NCBI GenBank assembly: GCA_026415615.1
Contig: JAOAGT010000002.1
Location: 448,545 to 512,544, forward strand
Source of the DNA: Thermoleophilia bacterium
GTDB lineage: Bacteria; Actinomycetota; Thermoleophilia; RBG-16-64-13
Direction: 5' to 3'
DNA: 64,000 nucleotides
Shown here: piece by piece, positions 1 through 9,743 of the stretch
Numbering within the stretch: position 1 is the stretch's first letter
Layout of the letters: each line of letters opens with the position of its first letter
The notes under the pieces: model-generated
The model's database searches: none
The model's input: only the letters and a program-made list of their open reading frames with translations
Told to the model about the DNA's origin: nothing
Program-made: the position numbers and the translations under genes

Positions 1-1
1 C

Positions 2-214
2 TCTCTTCTTGAGTTTCTCGTAGGGTTTATCCGTGACAACGAGATCACCTGCGTTTACGTGACTCACGAACTTACCGAAGCGCTTCAGCTTGCCGATCGG
101 ATTGTAGAGATCGGTGCTGACCGCATCCTTCGCGAGCTCGATCTTAGCGACCGCGCAGCCGTGGCGCGAGAGTGGCTTGCCCGCTCGTTGGGAAGATTAG
201 GGGGCGTGGCGTAG
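2..214 (+). CDS. ABC transporter ATP-binding protein, C-terminal fragment (5' end outside window)
   Basis: Frame-2 translation SLLEFLVGFIRDNEITCVYVTHELTEALQLADRIVEI... has an H-loop-like VTHE and an ADRIxxI tail typical of ABC ATPase C-termini. Stop TAG at 212-214. This frame is not in the ORF track. Confidence 0.5.
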   Translation, partial: SLLEFLVGFIRDNEITCVYVTHELTEALQLADRIVEIGADRILRELDLSDRAAVAREWLARSLGRLGGVA

Positions 215-327
215 ACTGAATCCCCGCCAGCACACGTCCCGCCAACACTAGACTACCGTTGGATCCTTTCCGAGGCCGTGTCGCCCTAGCATAGTCCCAG
301 GCAAACATCTTGGGGAAAGGAGGCACG

Positions 328-786
328 GTGTTCCAGAAGCAGCCGTGGATGCAGCGTGCGGGCGAGTATCCAGCGGACGACCAGGGGTACTTTAGTTTGC
401 TAGCAAGGGCGGTGTTCTCTGCTGGCTTAGGGCCCAAGGTTGTGGAAGCTCGGTGGCCCCACATCTGTGCGGCTTTCCACGACTTTGATCCTAGGCAAGT
501 GGCGGCTATGGGGGAGGCTGATGTAACAAGACTTCTGACCGATCCTCACGTGATTCGGAACCGCAGGAAGATCGAGGCTGTACTGGAGAACGCACGCCGG
601 TTTCTGTCTTGTCTAGAGGAGTCCGGGGTGAATTTCCACGATTACCTGCGTAGTCTTGGAGCAGAAAAAGATCTAGATATTGTTGCAGAGAGACTGTCTC
701 AAACCTTCGTTCACCTTGGCCGACCCTCGGCTCTCTTCTTTCTTTTCAGCGCTGGGTGGCGGCCGCGAGACATGGGCTTCGCGTGA
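328..786 (+). CDS. tag: DNA-3-methyladenine glycosylase I (Tag family)
   Basis: YFSLLARAVFSAGLGPKVVEARW...AFHDFDPRQVAAMGEADVTRLLTDPHVIRNRRKIEAVLENARRF matches the Tag/PF03352 pattern. The track ORF 310-786 uses a TTG start. A GTG at 328 is preceded by AAAGGAGG, so I start there. Confidence 0.8.
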   Translation: MFQKQPWMQRAGEYPADDQGYFSLLARAVFSAGLGPKVVEARWPHICAAFHDFDPRQVAAMGEADVTRLLTDPHVIRNRRKIEAVLENARRFLSCLEESGVNFHDYLRSLGAEKDLDIVAERLSQTFVHLGRPSALFFLFSAGWRPRDMGFA

Positions 787-913
787 GTGGTTTGAAGTCG
801 CGATTACCTGGTTAACACACTATTATGTTGTCAGGGGGTGAAATCAGCTGGCACGCCAGCGAGCTCTCCCGGCGGTTGGTTACGACGCCGGGCGGGGTAG
901 GAAAGGAGGCGCT

Positions 914-1189
914 GTGGATCCGGTGATCCTGCAGGAGTACCAACTCAAGCTCGCTAAGTGGCTTGGACAAGGGTATCGACTTCTAGCAGACGACGTGGAC
1001 GGGACACTGCGCATTACGGTGCACTACGTCTCACACGACGGAGCCGTGGGCAGCGAGCGGGATCAGGAGTACTGGCCTATGGCTCCCGAGATAGTGCAGA
1101 TGCTGGAGCAAAACGGTATCGAGATTTCGCGTGCCTTAGCTGGTCCCAGGCCGTGGTCCGGGGGGCCGACTCCTGACGAGCTTGAATAG
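914..1189 (+). CDS. hypothetical small protein (91 aa)
   Basis: GTG start sits 5 nt after GAAAGGAGG. I recognise no family. Confidence 0.45.
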   Translation: MDPVILQEYQLKLAKWLGQGYRLLADDVDGTLRITVHYVSHDGAVGSERDQEYWPMAPEIVQMLEQNGIEISRALAGPRPWSGGPTPDELE

Positions 1190-1296
1190 GGGGCACTCCG
1201 ATCGGCGCACTCTTCCCGCGCGTGGTGGTATCTTGTCGCAGTGCAATTCAGTATGTCGTATTGCACTCAGTGAAGACTTAGGAAAGGAGACCCCCC

Positions 1297-2478
1297 TTGT
1301 CTAGAAATGTTGTTATTGTCAGCGGCGCTCGTACTCCGGTAGGGCGCTTTCTAGGAACTCTGTCCGAAATTCCAGCTCCTAAGCTGGGCGCGATTGCCAT
1401 CCGCGAGGCTGTAAGGCGGGCGGGCATCGAGCCGGGAGAGGTCCAAGAGGTGATCATGGGACATGTGCTCTCGGGAGGCACCGGCCAAGGACCAGCTCGG
1501 CAGGCTGCTCTGATGGCTGGGCTGCCGCAGGAGGTTCCAGCTTGGTCGCTCAACCTGGTGTGCGGATCCGGTATGAAGGCTGTCCACGCCGCGGCCGAGG
1601 CCATTAAGGCTGGAGATGCTGAGGTTATCGTGGCCGGAGGCATGGAGAATATGAGCCTCGGTCCCTATATTGTTCCGAAAGCGCGTACCGGGTACCGCAT
1701 GGGCGACGGTGTGCTGCAGGATTTGATGATTCTGGACGGCCTCTGGTGTGCCATGAACCAGTACCACATGGGCATAACAGCCGAGAATGTGGCTGCCAAG
1801 TATGGCATCACCCGCGAGATGCAGGATCAAATAGCTTACGAGAGCCAAAAGCGGGCGGCTGCAGCTATTGCGGCGGGCAAGTTCAAGGCTGAGATAGTGC
1901 CTGTGGAAATCCCGCAGCGTAAAGGCGAGCCGCTTATCTTCGACACTGACGAGCATCCGCGGCCGGACACGACCCTGGAGGGGCTGGCCAAGCTTAAGCC
2001 AGCTTTCAAGGAAGATGGCACGGTGACCGCCGGGAATGCTTCCGGCATAAACGACGCAGCGGCAGCATTCGTGGTAGCTTCGGAAGAGTGGGCGCAGAGA
2101 AAAGGCATTAAGCCTCTTGCCACGATTGTCGAGTATGCGACTGCCGGTCTTGACCCTGCCTACATGGGTATGGGCCCCTATTACGCTACCAAGAAGGTGC
2201 TGGCCAAAGCGGGTATGAGCTTGGATGAGATGGATATCATCGAGTCCAACGAGGCTTTTGCAGCTCAGTGTGGTGCGGTGGCTAAGGAGCTAGGTCTTGA
2301 CATGTCCAAGACGAACGTATACGGGGGGGCGATCGCGCTTGGACATCCCATCGGGGCCTCCGGTGCTCGCATTCTGCTTACTCTGATCTCTGCGTTGAGG
2401 CAAGAAGGCGGCACTTACGGGCTGGCCACCATGTGCATAGGTGGTGGGCAGGGTATTGCTACCATTGTCAAGGTCTGA
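1297..2478 (+). CDS. acetyl-CoA C-acetyltransferase (thiolase II)
   Basis: [13 protein letters not shown] and [11 protein letters not shown] (active-site Cys) give the thiolase signature. The C-terminal catalytic region [12 protein letters not shown]...CIGGGQG is present. TTG start with an AGGAAAGGAGA RBS. Confidence 0.9.
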   Translation: MSRNVVIVSGARTPVGRFLGTLSEIPAPKLGAIAIREAVRRAGIEPGEVQEVIMGHVLSGGTGQGPARQAALMAGLPQEVPAWSLNLVCGSGMKAVHAAAEAIKAGDAEVIVAGGMENMSLGPYIVPKARTGYRMGDGVLQDLMILDGLWCAMNQYHMGITAENVAAKYGITREMQDQIAYESQKRAAAAIAAGKFKAEIVPVEIPQRKGEPLIFDTDEHPRPDTTLEGLAKLKPAFKEDGTVTAGNASGINDAAAAFVVASEEWAQRKGIKPLATIVEYATAGLDPAYMGMGPYYATKKVLAKAGMSLDEMDIIESNEAFAAQCGAVAKELGLDMSKTNVYGGAIALGHPIGASGARILLTLISALRQEGGTYGLATMCIGGGQGIATIVKV

Positions 2479-2496
2479 GAAGAAAGGAAGAAGGAA

Positions 2497-2721
2497 GTGA
2501 GAGACCGCGTAGAAAAAGCGCTCGAGATGATTCGGCCAGCCCTTCAGAATGATGGAGGAGATGTGGAGCTGGTCGACGTCGACGAGACCACCGGTGTGGT
2601 CAAGCTCAAGCTGGTAGGCGCCTGCGGCAGCTGTCCCATGTCGCAAATGACATTGCGCATGGGTGTGGAGCGCATACTCAAAGAGCAGGTCCCCGAGGTT
2701 GTAGAAGTTCAGGCTGTTTGA
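2497..2721 (+). CDS. NifU-like (Nfu-type) Fe-S cluster assembly domain protein
   Basis: A 74-aa protein with ...[15 protein letters not shown].... The CxxC motif fits the NifU C-terminal domain. GTG start. Confidence 0.8.
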   Translation: MRDRVEKALEMIRPALQNDGGDVELVDVDETTGVVKLKLVGACGSCPMSQMTLRMGVERILKEQVPEVVEVQAV

Positions 2722-2749
2722 AGCTGGCCAGCTTGTGGTCAGAGCTCGC

Positions 2750-3067
2750 CTAGGGCTTGACCCGTAAGAGCCAGCCCAGAGAACGGTCGAACTCGGTTTT
2801 GAGTAGGTTGAGCTGGGCAGCGGCGGCGGAGAGGGCTTGCAGCCTCTCCGCCGCCGCTGCTTGACTTTCCGCGGCCTCTTCCAGTCGCAAGGATACTGTC
2901 TGTGCCTGGCGGACGATGGCTGCTGCTTGCGCTCGGGCCGAAACACCCAGAACTCGGGCCCTTTTTAGTGCTCCTAGTCCTTGGACGACGGCATAAATTG
3001 ATCCGGCCAGCACCAGGATGCAGCCGACCCCCAAGCATATCAACATGATCAGAGTGCTCATGCTCAT
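2750..3067 (-). CDS. small membrane-anchored coiled-coil protein, hypothetical
   Basis: It has an N-terminal TM helix (LIMLICLGVGCILVLAGSIYAVV) followed by an Ala/Gln-rich helix. It lies 10 nt downstream of the NlpC/P60 gene on the same strand. The overlapping ORF 2739-3083 is rejected. Confidence 0.4.
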   Translation of the reverse strand: MSMSTLIMLICLGVGCILVLAGSIYAVVQGLGALKRARVLGVSARAQAAAIVRQAQTVSLRLEEAAESQAAAAERLQALSAAAAQLNLLKTEFDRSLGWLLRVKP

Positions 3068-3076
3068 AGGGCAACT

Positions 3077-4384
3077 CTACCAAAAGGCGGGAGGACCCAC
3101 ACGGGGTTTCAGATCAAACCGCCTGATAAGAGCAAGATCGGAACGTTCGCTTAAGCGGGATATTCTCACCACGTCGCCGGTCCGGGGGGCGTGGATGAAC
3201 AGCCCTTCCCCTATGTAGATCCCTACGTGGTAAACAGGCCACCCGAAGGCCAGCAAGTCACCAGGGCGTATGTCCTGTGGTTGCACAGGAGTGCCCATTT
3301 GAGCCTGGCTGCCGGAGTAGTGGGGCAGATACACGCCATGCTGAGCATAGACGTACGCAGTGAATCCAGAGCAATCAAACCCAGTTGAAGGCCGGTCGCC
3401 AGCCCAAACATACGGAGTACCAAGGTAAGCTGCCGCAGTCTCGAGAAGCTGTGTGACAATGTCAATCTCGCTCTGAGGGGAGCCGGAGAGAGTTACTCGT
3501 GCGCCACTTACGATTGCAGCAAGGGTTGTCCTCAATCGGGCCTGTTCTTCTTCCTGTCGTTTTCGCTCTTGCTCAATGATCTGACGAATCTCGTCATTGA
3601 GTTGATTAAGAACGGTCTCCCGTGCTGCCAGAGCGGTTTGTATCTCTCGCCGCTTGGCCTCGATTTGGGTTCGCAGCTCTACTTGTTCTTGCTTGACCTT
3701 GTCTACCTCTTGGACCAGTTCCTCAAGCCTATCAGTACTCCTCTGCACGCTTTCTAGGGCCCGCTCGTCCTCTTCAGCCAACATCATGCCAAGACGGATC
3801 CGGTAGACGAGGTCGGTAAACCCTTGAGCTTCAAGCACGAGTTGGAAAAAGCGCGAGCGTCCGCCGGACTTGTAAAGGGCGCAGAGGTGCCTTTCCCACT
3901 TTCTCACCTGATAGGCGTGGTCTTTTTCAGCTTGGTCAAGGTCACGCCGAAGCTCAAGCAGCCTCACATTTGTTTCGTCAAGCTTGACCTGAAGCTGGTT
4001 GTAGTTTTCGGTGTAGCGCTCAAGTTCTTGGTCAAGCCTGTCTATCTCACTCTGAATGGCCTTTGCTTGGGCCTCTAGGTTGTCGACTGTAGCCTGTGCA
4101 GAGCGGGATAGCGGCCCGGAGTAGGGACCTACAGGGTAGGCGGCTCTCACGGTAGTTCCTACGAGGAAGACTGGGACAAGGAGGACGAACACAAGGCTCG
4201 TCAGCAGCACGACTTTGGCGACGCTGATTCCTTGGCAGCGCGCGTACTTCTTCGCGTTGGTTGCGTGGGGCGCTTGTCGGACCGCGCTCTGTTGTACGGT
4301 ATTTGTCCGGGTTCGCAAGGGGCTGCCTCTGCCGGTATAGTCTTGTTCGACGATTCGTTTGTCTGCAATGCTATCTTTAAACAA
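3077..4384 (-). CDS. NlpC/P60 family peptidoglycan endopeptidase with N-terminal signal-anchor and long coiled-coil
   Basis: The C-terminus GTPYVWAGDRPSTGFDCSGFTAYVY...HVGIYIG...HAP carries the NlpC/P60 Cys-His core. The N-terminal two-thirds is heptad and coiled-coil-like, as in RipA or CwlO. The start is uncertain: TTG at 4384, or TTG at about 4315 after AGAGG. Confidence 0.85.
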   Translation of the reverse strand: MFKDSIADKRIVEQDYTGRGSPLRTRTNTVQQSAVRQAPHATNAKKYARCQGISVAKVVLLTSLVFVLLVPVFLVGTTVRAAYPVGPYSGPLSRSAQATVDNLEAQAKAIQSEIDRLDQELERYTENYNQLQVKLDETNVRLLELRRDLDQAEKDHAYQVRKWERHLCALYKSGGRSRFFQLVLEAQGFTDLVYRIRLGMMLAEEDERALESVQRSTDRLEELVQEVDKVKQEQVELRTQIEAKRREIQTALAARETVLNQLNDEIRQIIEQERKRQEEEQARLRTTLAAIVSGARVTLSGSPQSEIDIVTQLLETAAAYLGTPYVWAGDRPSTGFDCSGFTAYVYAQHGVYLPHYSGSQAQMGTPVQPQDIRPGDLLAFGWPVYHVGIYIGEGLFIHAPRTGDVVRISRLSERSDLALIRRFDLKPRVGPPAFW

Positions 4385-4443
4385 TGCTATCTCTAATTAT
4401 CGGCAACATGATATCTAGACTTGTCATGCTTTCGTTCGGCGAA

Positions 4444-4457
4444 GGTGTGGTATACTA
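4444..4457 (+). promoter_or_regulatory. extended -10 promoter element (TGgTATACT) upstream of tRNA-fMet
   Basis: gtggTATACT ends about 15 nt before tRNA nucleotide +1. Confidence 0.35.
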
Positions 4458-4471
4458 CGCAGCCCATACGG

Positions 4472-4548
<77 letters not shown>

Positions 4549-4553
4549 TAACG

Positions 4554-4584
4554 AAGCCCTGCTTTTGCAGGGCTTCCTATTTTC
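4554..4584 (+). terminator. rho-independent terminator after tRNA-fMet
   Basis: Hairpin GAAGCCCTGC-TTTT-GCAGGGCTTC followed by CTATTTT. Confidence 0.7.
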
Positions 4585-4669
4585 CGCATGAGTTGCAGCG
4601 GTCTCGCTGACGGGGCTATGGACTAGCATCGCTGTGTAGCAAGATCTTCATACCTTCGCCTCAGGCTCG

Positions 4670-5269
4670 TTACTCTCCCCACTTGGCCTCGATATCGCTA
4701 AAGATATCGCGCTGAAAAACAACGTACGAAGGGGTCGCGTCTTCTGGCATGGCGAAAGCCACCGCCCCTTTGACGGTCTTGCCAGGTAGCACCTGGCCGG
4801 TGCCAAGATCAGGCTTGCTGCAAGGGGCCATCAGCGACTCGTACTTCATGCCCTCAGTGTCGTACATCGTGAAGGCGAGCGCATTGTAGCTGTATGGCTC
4901 ATCGCCGATATTGCTGATGCTGACCATGCAATAAACGGCCTTCTGGTTAGGCTCAAGCAGCATCTCGCGGGTGATTTCGTCAAGATTGGCTGTGTCGTCC
5001 ACTGGGGCTGCTACGGTAATCTCCAGGCCCTTGAGCTTGGCAGTGCCTCCCCAGGGTTCTTCTACGACACCAGAAATCTTGACACCAGAAATCTTGGAAG
5101 TGGTTGTTTGCGGCTCTTTCGTCGGGCTGGGCTTGGCAGAGCTGTCGGTCGGTACTGATGTCTCAGTTGTCTCTGCAGCCGTAATAGTTCCAGTTTCGCT
5201 CACCGTGCAGCCAGCAGTGGCCACTAGCGTCAGACCGACTACGAGCAGGGCTAATAGCAACCTTGGCAT
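4670..5269 (-). CDS. secreted protein or lipoprotein with DUF4352-like beta-sandwich domain
   Basis: The start is moved to MPRLLLALLVVGLTLVATAGC, which is preceded by AAGGAGG. The signal peptide ends in Cys. The C-terminal region resembles the DUF4352 family. Confidence 0.65.
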   Translation of the reverse strand: MPRLLLALLVVGLTLVATAGCTVSETGTITAAETTETSVPTDSSAKPSPTKEPQTTTSKISGVKISGVVEEPWGGTAKLKGLEITVAAPVDDTANLDEITREMLLEPNQKAVYCMVSISNIGDEPYSYNALAFTMYDTEGMKYESLMAPCSKPDLGTGQVLPGKTVKGAVAFAMPEDATPSYVVFQRDIFSDIEAKWGE

Positions 5270-5548
5270 GAGCTTCCTCCTTGTTTTGGAATGTCTGACT
5301 TGTCTTGCTCTGCATGATAGTCGGGCCTGCGGACGGCTAGTTGGCTCGGTCGGGCTATCCATGCTCGCAGGAAGGGTCTTACCTCGAGTCCGTCTGCTTT
5401 GTCATCTCAGTTGCCACGTGGATCGGCTTGACAGCGTAAACAGGGGGCAATCAAAAAGTGACTCGAGACAAGCCGAATAAAGTCTCAGAATCGTAGGTTT
5501 AGCAGGATTATGCAGCGACCTATCTCGATGACCCGCCGCTGGACTAGC

Positions 5549-5926
5549 TCAGGACTGGGTATGAGCTTCTCCTTGCTCCTCAACAGCTCGCCGCGCTGCC
5601 TTTTGTACAAGCCATTGGTCGAGCTTGCTCTGCAACAAACGCCTCTGTTCAGGGCCCATGGCCTGCACAGCTGCTTCAACAATCATTTTTTGCTCGGGTG
5701 AAAGATCTGGAGAAAGCCGGTAGTGCATCCATAGGCCATGGCGAGTGAAATCCACAAGCCCAGCATGATAAAGATACCTAAGATGTCTTGAAACCTTAGA
5801 CTGAGTGAGGCCGAAACTGCCCACAAAATCGCAAACGCAGAGTTCTCCCCGATCATGTAGCAGGGCCACCATCTGGAGCCGAGTCTCCTCGGCCAAGGCC
5901 TTGAGTGTTTCAACAACCTGGTTCAC
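5549..5926 (-). CDS. ArsR/SmtB family transcriptional regulator
   Basis: LKALAEETRLQMVALL...ELCVCDF...LTQSKVSRHLRYLYHAGLV is the ArsR wHTH with a CVC metal site. GTG start. Confidence 0.85.
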   Translation of the reverse strand: MNQVVETLKALAEETRLQMVALLHDRGELCVCDFVGSFGLTQSKVSRHLRYLYHAGLVDFTRHGLWMHYRLSPDLSPEQKMIVEAAVQAMGPEQRRLLQSKLDQWLVQKAARRAVEEQGEAHTQS

Positions 5927-6177
5927 TGGCGATCGCTTGCAAAGGCGCGCTCTGTATTGTCTGCCGCTAGATTGTCAGTTTAGCCTCACATGCGCTGAAT
6001 GATAGCGCTTGAACTAGGGTCTGCAAGGTACTTGCCGACAAAAGCTAGTGTGCGGGAGGCGCGGGTGGCCGAAATCAGCTTACCCGTTGCTACCCCTTTG
6101 GGTTGGGAACTTATCCGAGTGTACTGTGGTCTAGTAACGGGTAGAGTAGTGTCGGTGATGCCAACGTTGGAGGCAGC

Positions 6178-7818
6178 ATGGGAGCCGCCCGCAGCAATCA
6201 CGGAACTAGGGCGCGAGCATCTTGGCGCTCTCTCTGGCACGCGTTGCTTTCTGCAGTTCTTCCGGGTGCAGGTCAGCTTGCGGCTGGGGCGAAAGCTCGA
6301 GGCTTTGCCATGGTGGCTGCAAGTGTTTTTGTGGCTGCAGCGGCTGGGATAGTTGCTGTGGTAGCCGGTCTTGACAACATGCTTGCCTGGGTGATTGCGC
6401 CGTCGGTGCTTTTGCTTCTCATTTTGCTGGATGGGGCCTTACTGGCCTTCAGGGTGTTTGCGGTAGTCGACGCCTACAGAGTCCCGCGTCGGTCAGATAT
6501 AACCTGGCCTCCTCAGGTGGTGGGATCCCGAGTTGAGTTTCGTGCTGCTCAGCGCCAACACCGGGCTTCGTTGGCAGCGGGGCTTCTTCTTGCTCTACTT
6601 GTCTTGTTCACCGCCGTACCCCACCTTGTTGCTGGCTATTACCTGTATGTCTCGCGCGATTTGGTGATGAGTGTATTCTCTAGTGAGGGTATTCCTGGGG
6701 GCTCCACAGACGTATGCACCACTGTAGTGGTCAGCCATACTGAAAGCAGGGGCAGCGGCTCCCTCGCTGTTTCTACAACAGGCTCAAGCGCGACATCCAA
6801 TGGCGGTACTTCGACGACCTATCCAGTTTCTAGTTCTACAGCTGCCTCTACTGGCGCCTCCGAACCGGGCTCTCTAGGTCCGACCTCGTCTGGGGAGGAG
6901 ATACCAGTTGTGGCTGACGATGACGGAAGACTTACGGTCTTGTTGATAGGAACCGATGCTGGATACGGACGCAGTGGCGCTAGAGCGGATAGCATAATGG
7001 TAGCCACTGCAAACCTAGAGACTGGGCGGGTGGCTCTATTTGGAATAGCGCGGAATACAGGTAGTGTTCCTCTAAGCCAACCAGCAGCGAGAGCCTTGGG
7101 CACCAAGGTCTACCTGAACTTAATCAGCTCCCTTTACTCTGACGCACGTGAGCACCCAGAGCTTGCTCCTGAGGGACAGGATCCTGGCGCAGTTGTGCTG
7201 CGCGACACGGTTAGCATGTTGCTTGGGATCCCCATTGACTATTACGCAGTAGTGGATATGGGCGGATTTGTCAAAGTTGTAGACGCTTTGGGTGGAGTTA
7301 CTTTGAATGTGAAAGAGCGGGTGCAAGTGCGTCTTTCGCCGCCTACCCCTGACGAGGAATGGAGGGTCTACGACATTGAGCCGGGTGTACGGCACTTGAG
7401 CGGTCTTGAGGCGCTCGCCTTTGCCCGTTCGCGCACAGGGAGCAGCGACTACGTTCGTATGGGGAGGCAGCGTTGCATACTTGCGGCACTTTTGTATCAG
7501 AATGGAGCAGCAGAATTTCTTCTCAAATTTCCTAAGCTGGCGGAGGTTATAAAAGACAGCGTAAAGACTGATGTCCCGCTTGAGACCATTCAAGCATTGA
7601 TCAAATCCCGTTCGCGCCTGAAGGCGGACGAAATAATAACCGTAGGATTCACTCGGCCAAAATACACCACGGGTATCAATTCCATGGGCTATAACATCTT
7701 GGATGTTGATTTGGTCCAGCGTACTGTGCGTGAGATCATTGAACATCCAGAGGAAGTAATGGCTAAGTCTGGCACCGACCAGTCGCTCGACACTTACGAC
7801 TGTTGGAAGGTCAAGTAG
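6178..7818 (+). CDS. LytR-CpsA-Psr (LCP) family cell-envelope phosphotransferase
   Basis: N-terminal TM, a Ser/Thr-rich linker, then LLIGTDAGYGRSGARADSIMVATANLETGRVALFGIARNT, which is the LCP core. GGAGG RBS. Confidence 0.85.
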   Translation: MGAARSNHGTRARASWRSLWHALLSAVLPGAGQLAAGAKARGFAMVAASVFVAAAAGIVAVVAGLDNMLAWVIAPSVLLLLILLDGALLAFRVFAVVDAYRVPRRSDITWPPQVVGSRVEFRAAQRQHRASLAAGLLLALLVLFTAVPHLVAGYYLYVSRDLVMSVFSSEGIPGGSTDVCTTVVVSHTESRGSGSLAVSTTGSSATSNGGTSTTYPVSSSTAASTGASEPGSLGPTSSGEEIPVVADDDGRLTVLLIGTDAGYGRSGARADSIMVATANLETGRVALFGIARNTGSVPLSQPAARALGTKVYLNLISSLYSDAREHPELAPEGQDPGAVVLRDTVSMLLGIPIDYYAVVDMGGFVKVVDALGGVTLNVKERVQVRLSPPTPDEEWRVYDIEPGVRHLSGLEALAFARSRTGSSDYVRMGRQRCILAALLYQNGAAEFLLKFPKLAEVIKDSVKTDVPLETIQALIKSRSRLKADEIITVGFTRPKYTTGINSMGYNILDVDLVQRTVREIIEHPEEVMAKSGTDQSLDTYDCWKVK

Positions 7819-7863
7819 GTCAACTAAGGCGCGACGTGCCAACCGTTCGAGGAGAGAACAACG

Positions 7864-9591
7864 ATGGGAACAGGGCGCATTCCCCCTCCATATCTCCCTA
7901 AAGACCACTGGGAATACAACCTTTACGAATATCACAAGGGGCTCCCCGACAAGAGTCACTACGAGTTCATCGCTAACACACCCGGGGTCAAGACGGCCGA
8001 ATATTGGAAGGAATGGTGCCAGGCCATTTTCTACGCTGGCACTACCCTTTGCATGTGGAACGCACTCCCCGAGGTTAAAGCGGCCTTTCTGTCACTGTGC
8101 TCGTTTGAGCCAGGCATGAAGGTATTTCTGGTGGGCAAGTATTTGTGGGAAAGCGGTCTAGCGGACGCGGTTCGCTCCCTTGTCGGAGATTCGGGAACTC
8201 TCGGCATCCTTGACATGACTGATCAAGTTCTCGAGACTGTGCGTGAGCTGGGTCCGCGGCGGACGGTTCAGTATGAGGCTGCGGGGGCTACTGGCAGCCG
8301 GGCGGCTAGGCCGTTAGTTTGGCCCTTGACGTGTTTTGACGGACTACCAGAAGGAAGCCTAGACAGAGTGGTTTTCTTCAATGGCGGCGCGCATGTAGCT
8401 AATTGGGAGCATGTGGCGTCAGAGATAAGCCGCGTTCTTGGGGAGCACGGACGACTGGTGATGGCGGAAGCTCCTCTGGGCGGTAGGGAGTTTGAGAATG
8501 CTTTGCATCTCGATTCCCATTATGAGTCTTTCATTCTCAGGGTACTTTCCGGCCTAGGTCTGTCGGAGAATGAGCTTCCGTATGTGGACCCTCGGGGTCT
8601 AAGCGAGCTTCTGCGGCCGCATTTTGCGTGGACCAGGTGGTGGTCACACCGGGGCATTCTCCTGTTGTACGGAGCCAAGGGGAAGCACGGTCACGAGATT
8701 GCCGTGCCTGGGCCGGCAGCTTCACTTCCCTGTTCAGACGAGGCAAGGGGTCCAGTGAGCGCATTTCTCGCCGTCAAACCGGTGACCAGCAGCTGGGAGC
8801 TAATGACTGAGCGGGAAAGAGAGATCTGGGGTGAGACTGTCGAGGATATTCTCACCCCTCACATGGGGAAATGCGTCACCTGGGGAGGGGGATCTCTTTG
8901 CTGGAATTACCGCAACCAGCGGGAGATCACGGACATCATGTGGAGCAACCTCGCCGCAAAGCCCGGAGACAAAGTAATGGTGATCGGGGAGTTTCTGCAC
9001 GACCTGGGCACCCTTGAGGAAGTCAAGAGGCGAGTGGGACCTACCGGCCAGGTTTTCCCTGTTGATATAACTGCTTCGCCTTGCTCTTATGATTACAAAG
9101 GTTGGCAGGCTAAGCGTAAAGCCTACATGGATCTAGGTTCACCTGAGGAGTGGCCCTACGATTTTGCGGATGACTTTCCGGACGAGTTTTTCGACGTGCT
9201 GTTCCTGCCTCAAGGTGTACACCACTGCAACAACTGGCTTAGGGACGCTCCCAGACTTCTGCGCGCAGTCAAAGTTGGCGGGCAGGTCATGGCGATCGAG
9301 TGTGGAATCAACCGTCCGGAGATGGCGCTAGCCAGAGATTTAAGTGCTCTTGTGCAGGTGGTGGGCGACCGGGTGTTTCGCATCGCGCTGCCTGAATGGC
9401 TCGTGGGGCCGTTGAGCCCCGAAGGGCCTCTCCCAGCAGGTACTGGCTATGGCCACGAGGGTCGCCCGTACCATGATGTGCCGACGGCGCATCTTCGCGA
9501 GGCCTTTGGCGCGGGGCTTACGGACGTTTGCAGTTTGGAGTACAAGGGCTGGATCCTCTTCTGGGGGTATAAGGCGCCGCGGACTGTCTAA
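7864..9591 (+). CDS. protein with two tandem class-I methyltransferase-fold halves, function unknown (paralog A)
   Basis: Both halves show a Rossmann-like motif I (KVFLVGKYLWESGL and KVMVIGEFLHDLG) and an acidic beta-2 end (ILDMTD and FPVDIT). Each half also has a post-III motif (DRVVFFNGGAHV...LGEHGRLVM and FDVLFLPQGVHH...VKVGGQVMAIE). It is paralogous to 29360-30883. Confidence 0.55.
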   Translation: MGTGRIPPPYLPKDHWEYNLYEYHKGLPDKSHYEFIANTPGVKTAEYWKEWCQAIFYAGTTLCMWNALPEVKAAFLSLCSFEPGMKVFLVGKYLWESGLADAVRSLVGDSGTLGILDMTDQVLETVRELGPRRTVQYEAAGATGSRAARPLVWPLTCFDGLPEGSLDRVVFFNGGAHVANWEHVASEISRVLGEHGRLVMAEAPLGGREFENALHLDSHYESFILRVLSGLGLSENELPYVDPRGLSELLRPHFAWTRWWSHRGILLLYGAKGKHGHEIAVPGPAASLPCSDEARGPVSAFLAVKPVTSSWELMTEREREIWGETVEDILTPHMGKCVTWGGGSLCWNYRNQREITDIMWSNLAAKPGDKVMVIGEFLHDLGTLEEVKRRVGPTGQVFPVDITASPCSYDYKGWQAKRKAYMDLGSPEEWPYDFADDFPDEFFDVLFLPQGVHHCNNWLRDAPRLLRAVKVGGQVMAIECGINRPEMALARDLSALVQVVGDRVFRIALPEWLVGPLSPEGPLPAGTGYGHEGRPYHDVPTAHLREAFGAGLTDVCSLEYKGWILFWGYKAPRTV

Positions 9592-9602
9592 TTGCAGCAA
9601 AG

Positions 9603-9654
9603 AGCTGAGCGCCCCGCTCGCCCGTCGGATCCGGGGCGAGCGGGGCGCTCAGCT
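9603..9654. terminator. long GC-rich palindromic hairpin between convergent genes, bidirectional terminator
   Basis: AGCTGAGCGCCCCGCTCGCCC at 9603-9623 pairs perfectly with 9634-9654, a 21-bp stem with a 10-nt loop. No strong U-tract. Confidence 0.6.
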
Positions 9655-9743
9655 GTCTCAGAGCTCAAGCTCTCCCGAGGCTTGTCCTAGCTCGGCAATG
9701 AGTTGCGGGCTAGAAAACTCGCTATATGGTTACTTTCCAATAA

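Noticed and set aside
144-464. 106-aa minus-strand ORF overlapping the tag gene and the ABC ATPase fragment
   Set aside because: It overlaps two recognisable plus-strand coding regions and has no RBS or family signal.
2739-3083. 114-aa minus-strand ORF overlapping 2750-3067 and the end of the NlpC/P60 gene
   Set aside because: It overlaps two better-supported frames. Its Arg/Pro/Gly-rich low-complexity composition is typical of spurious high-GC ORFs.
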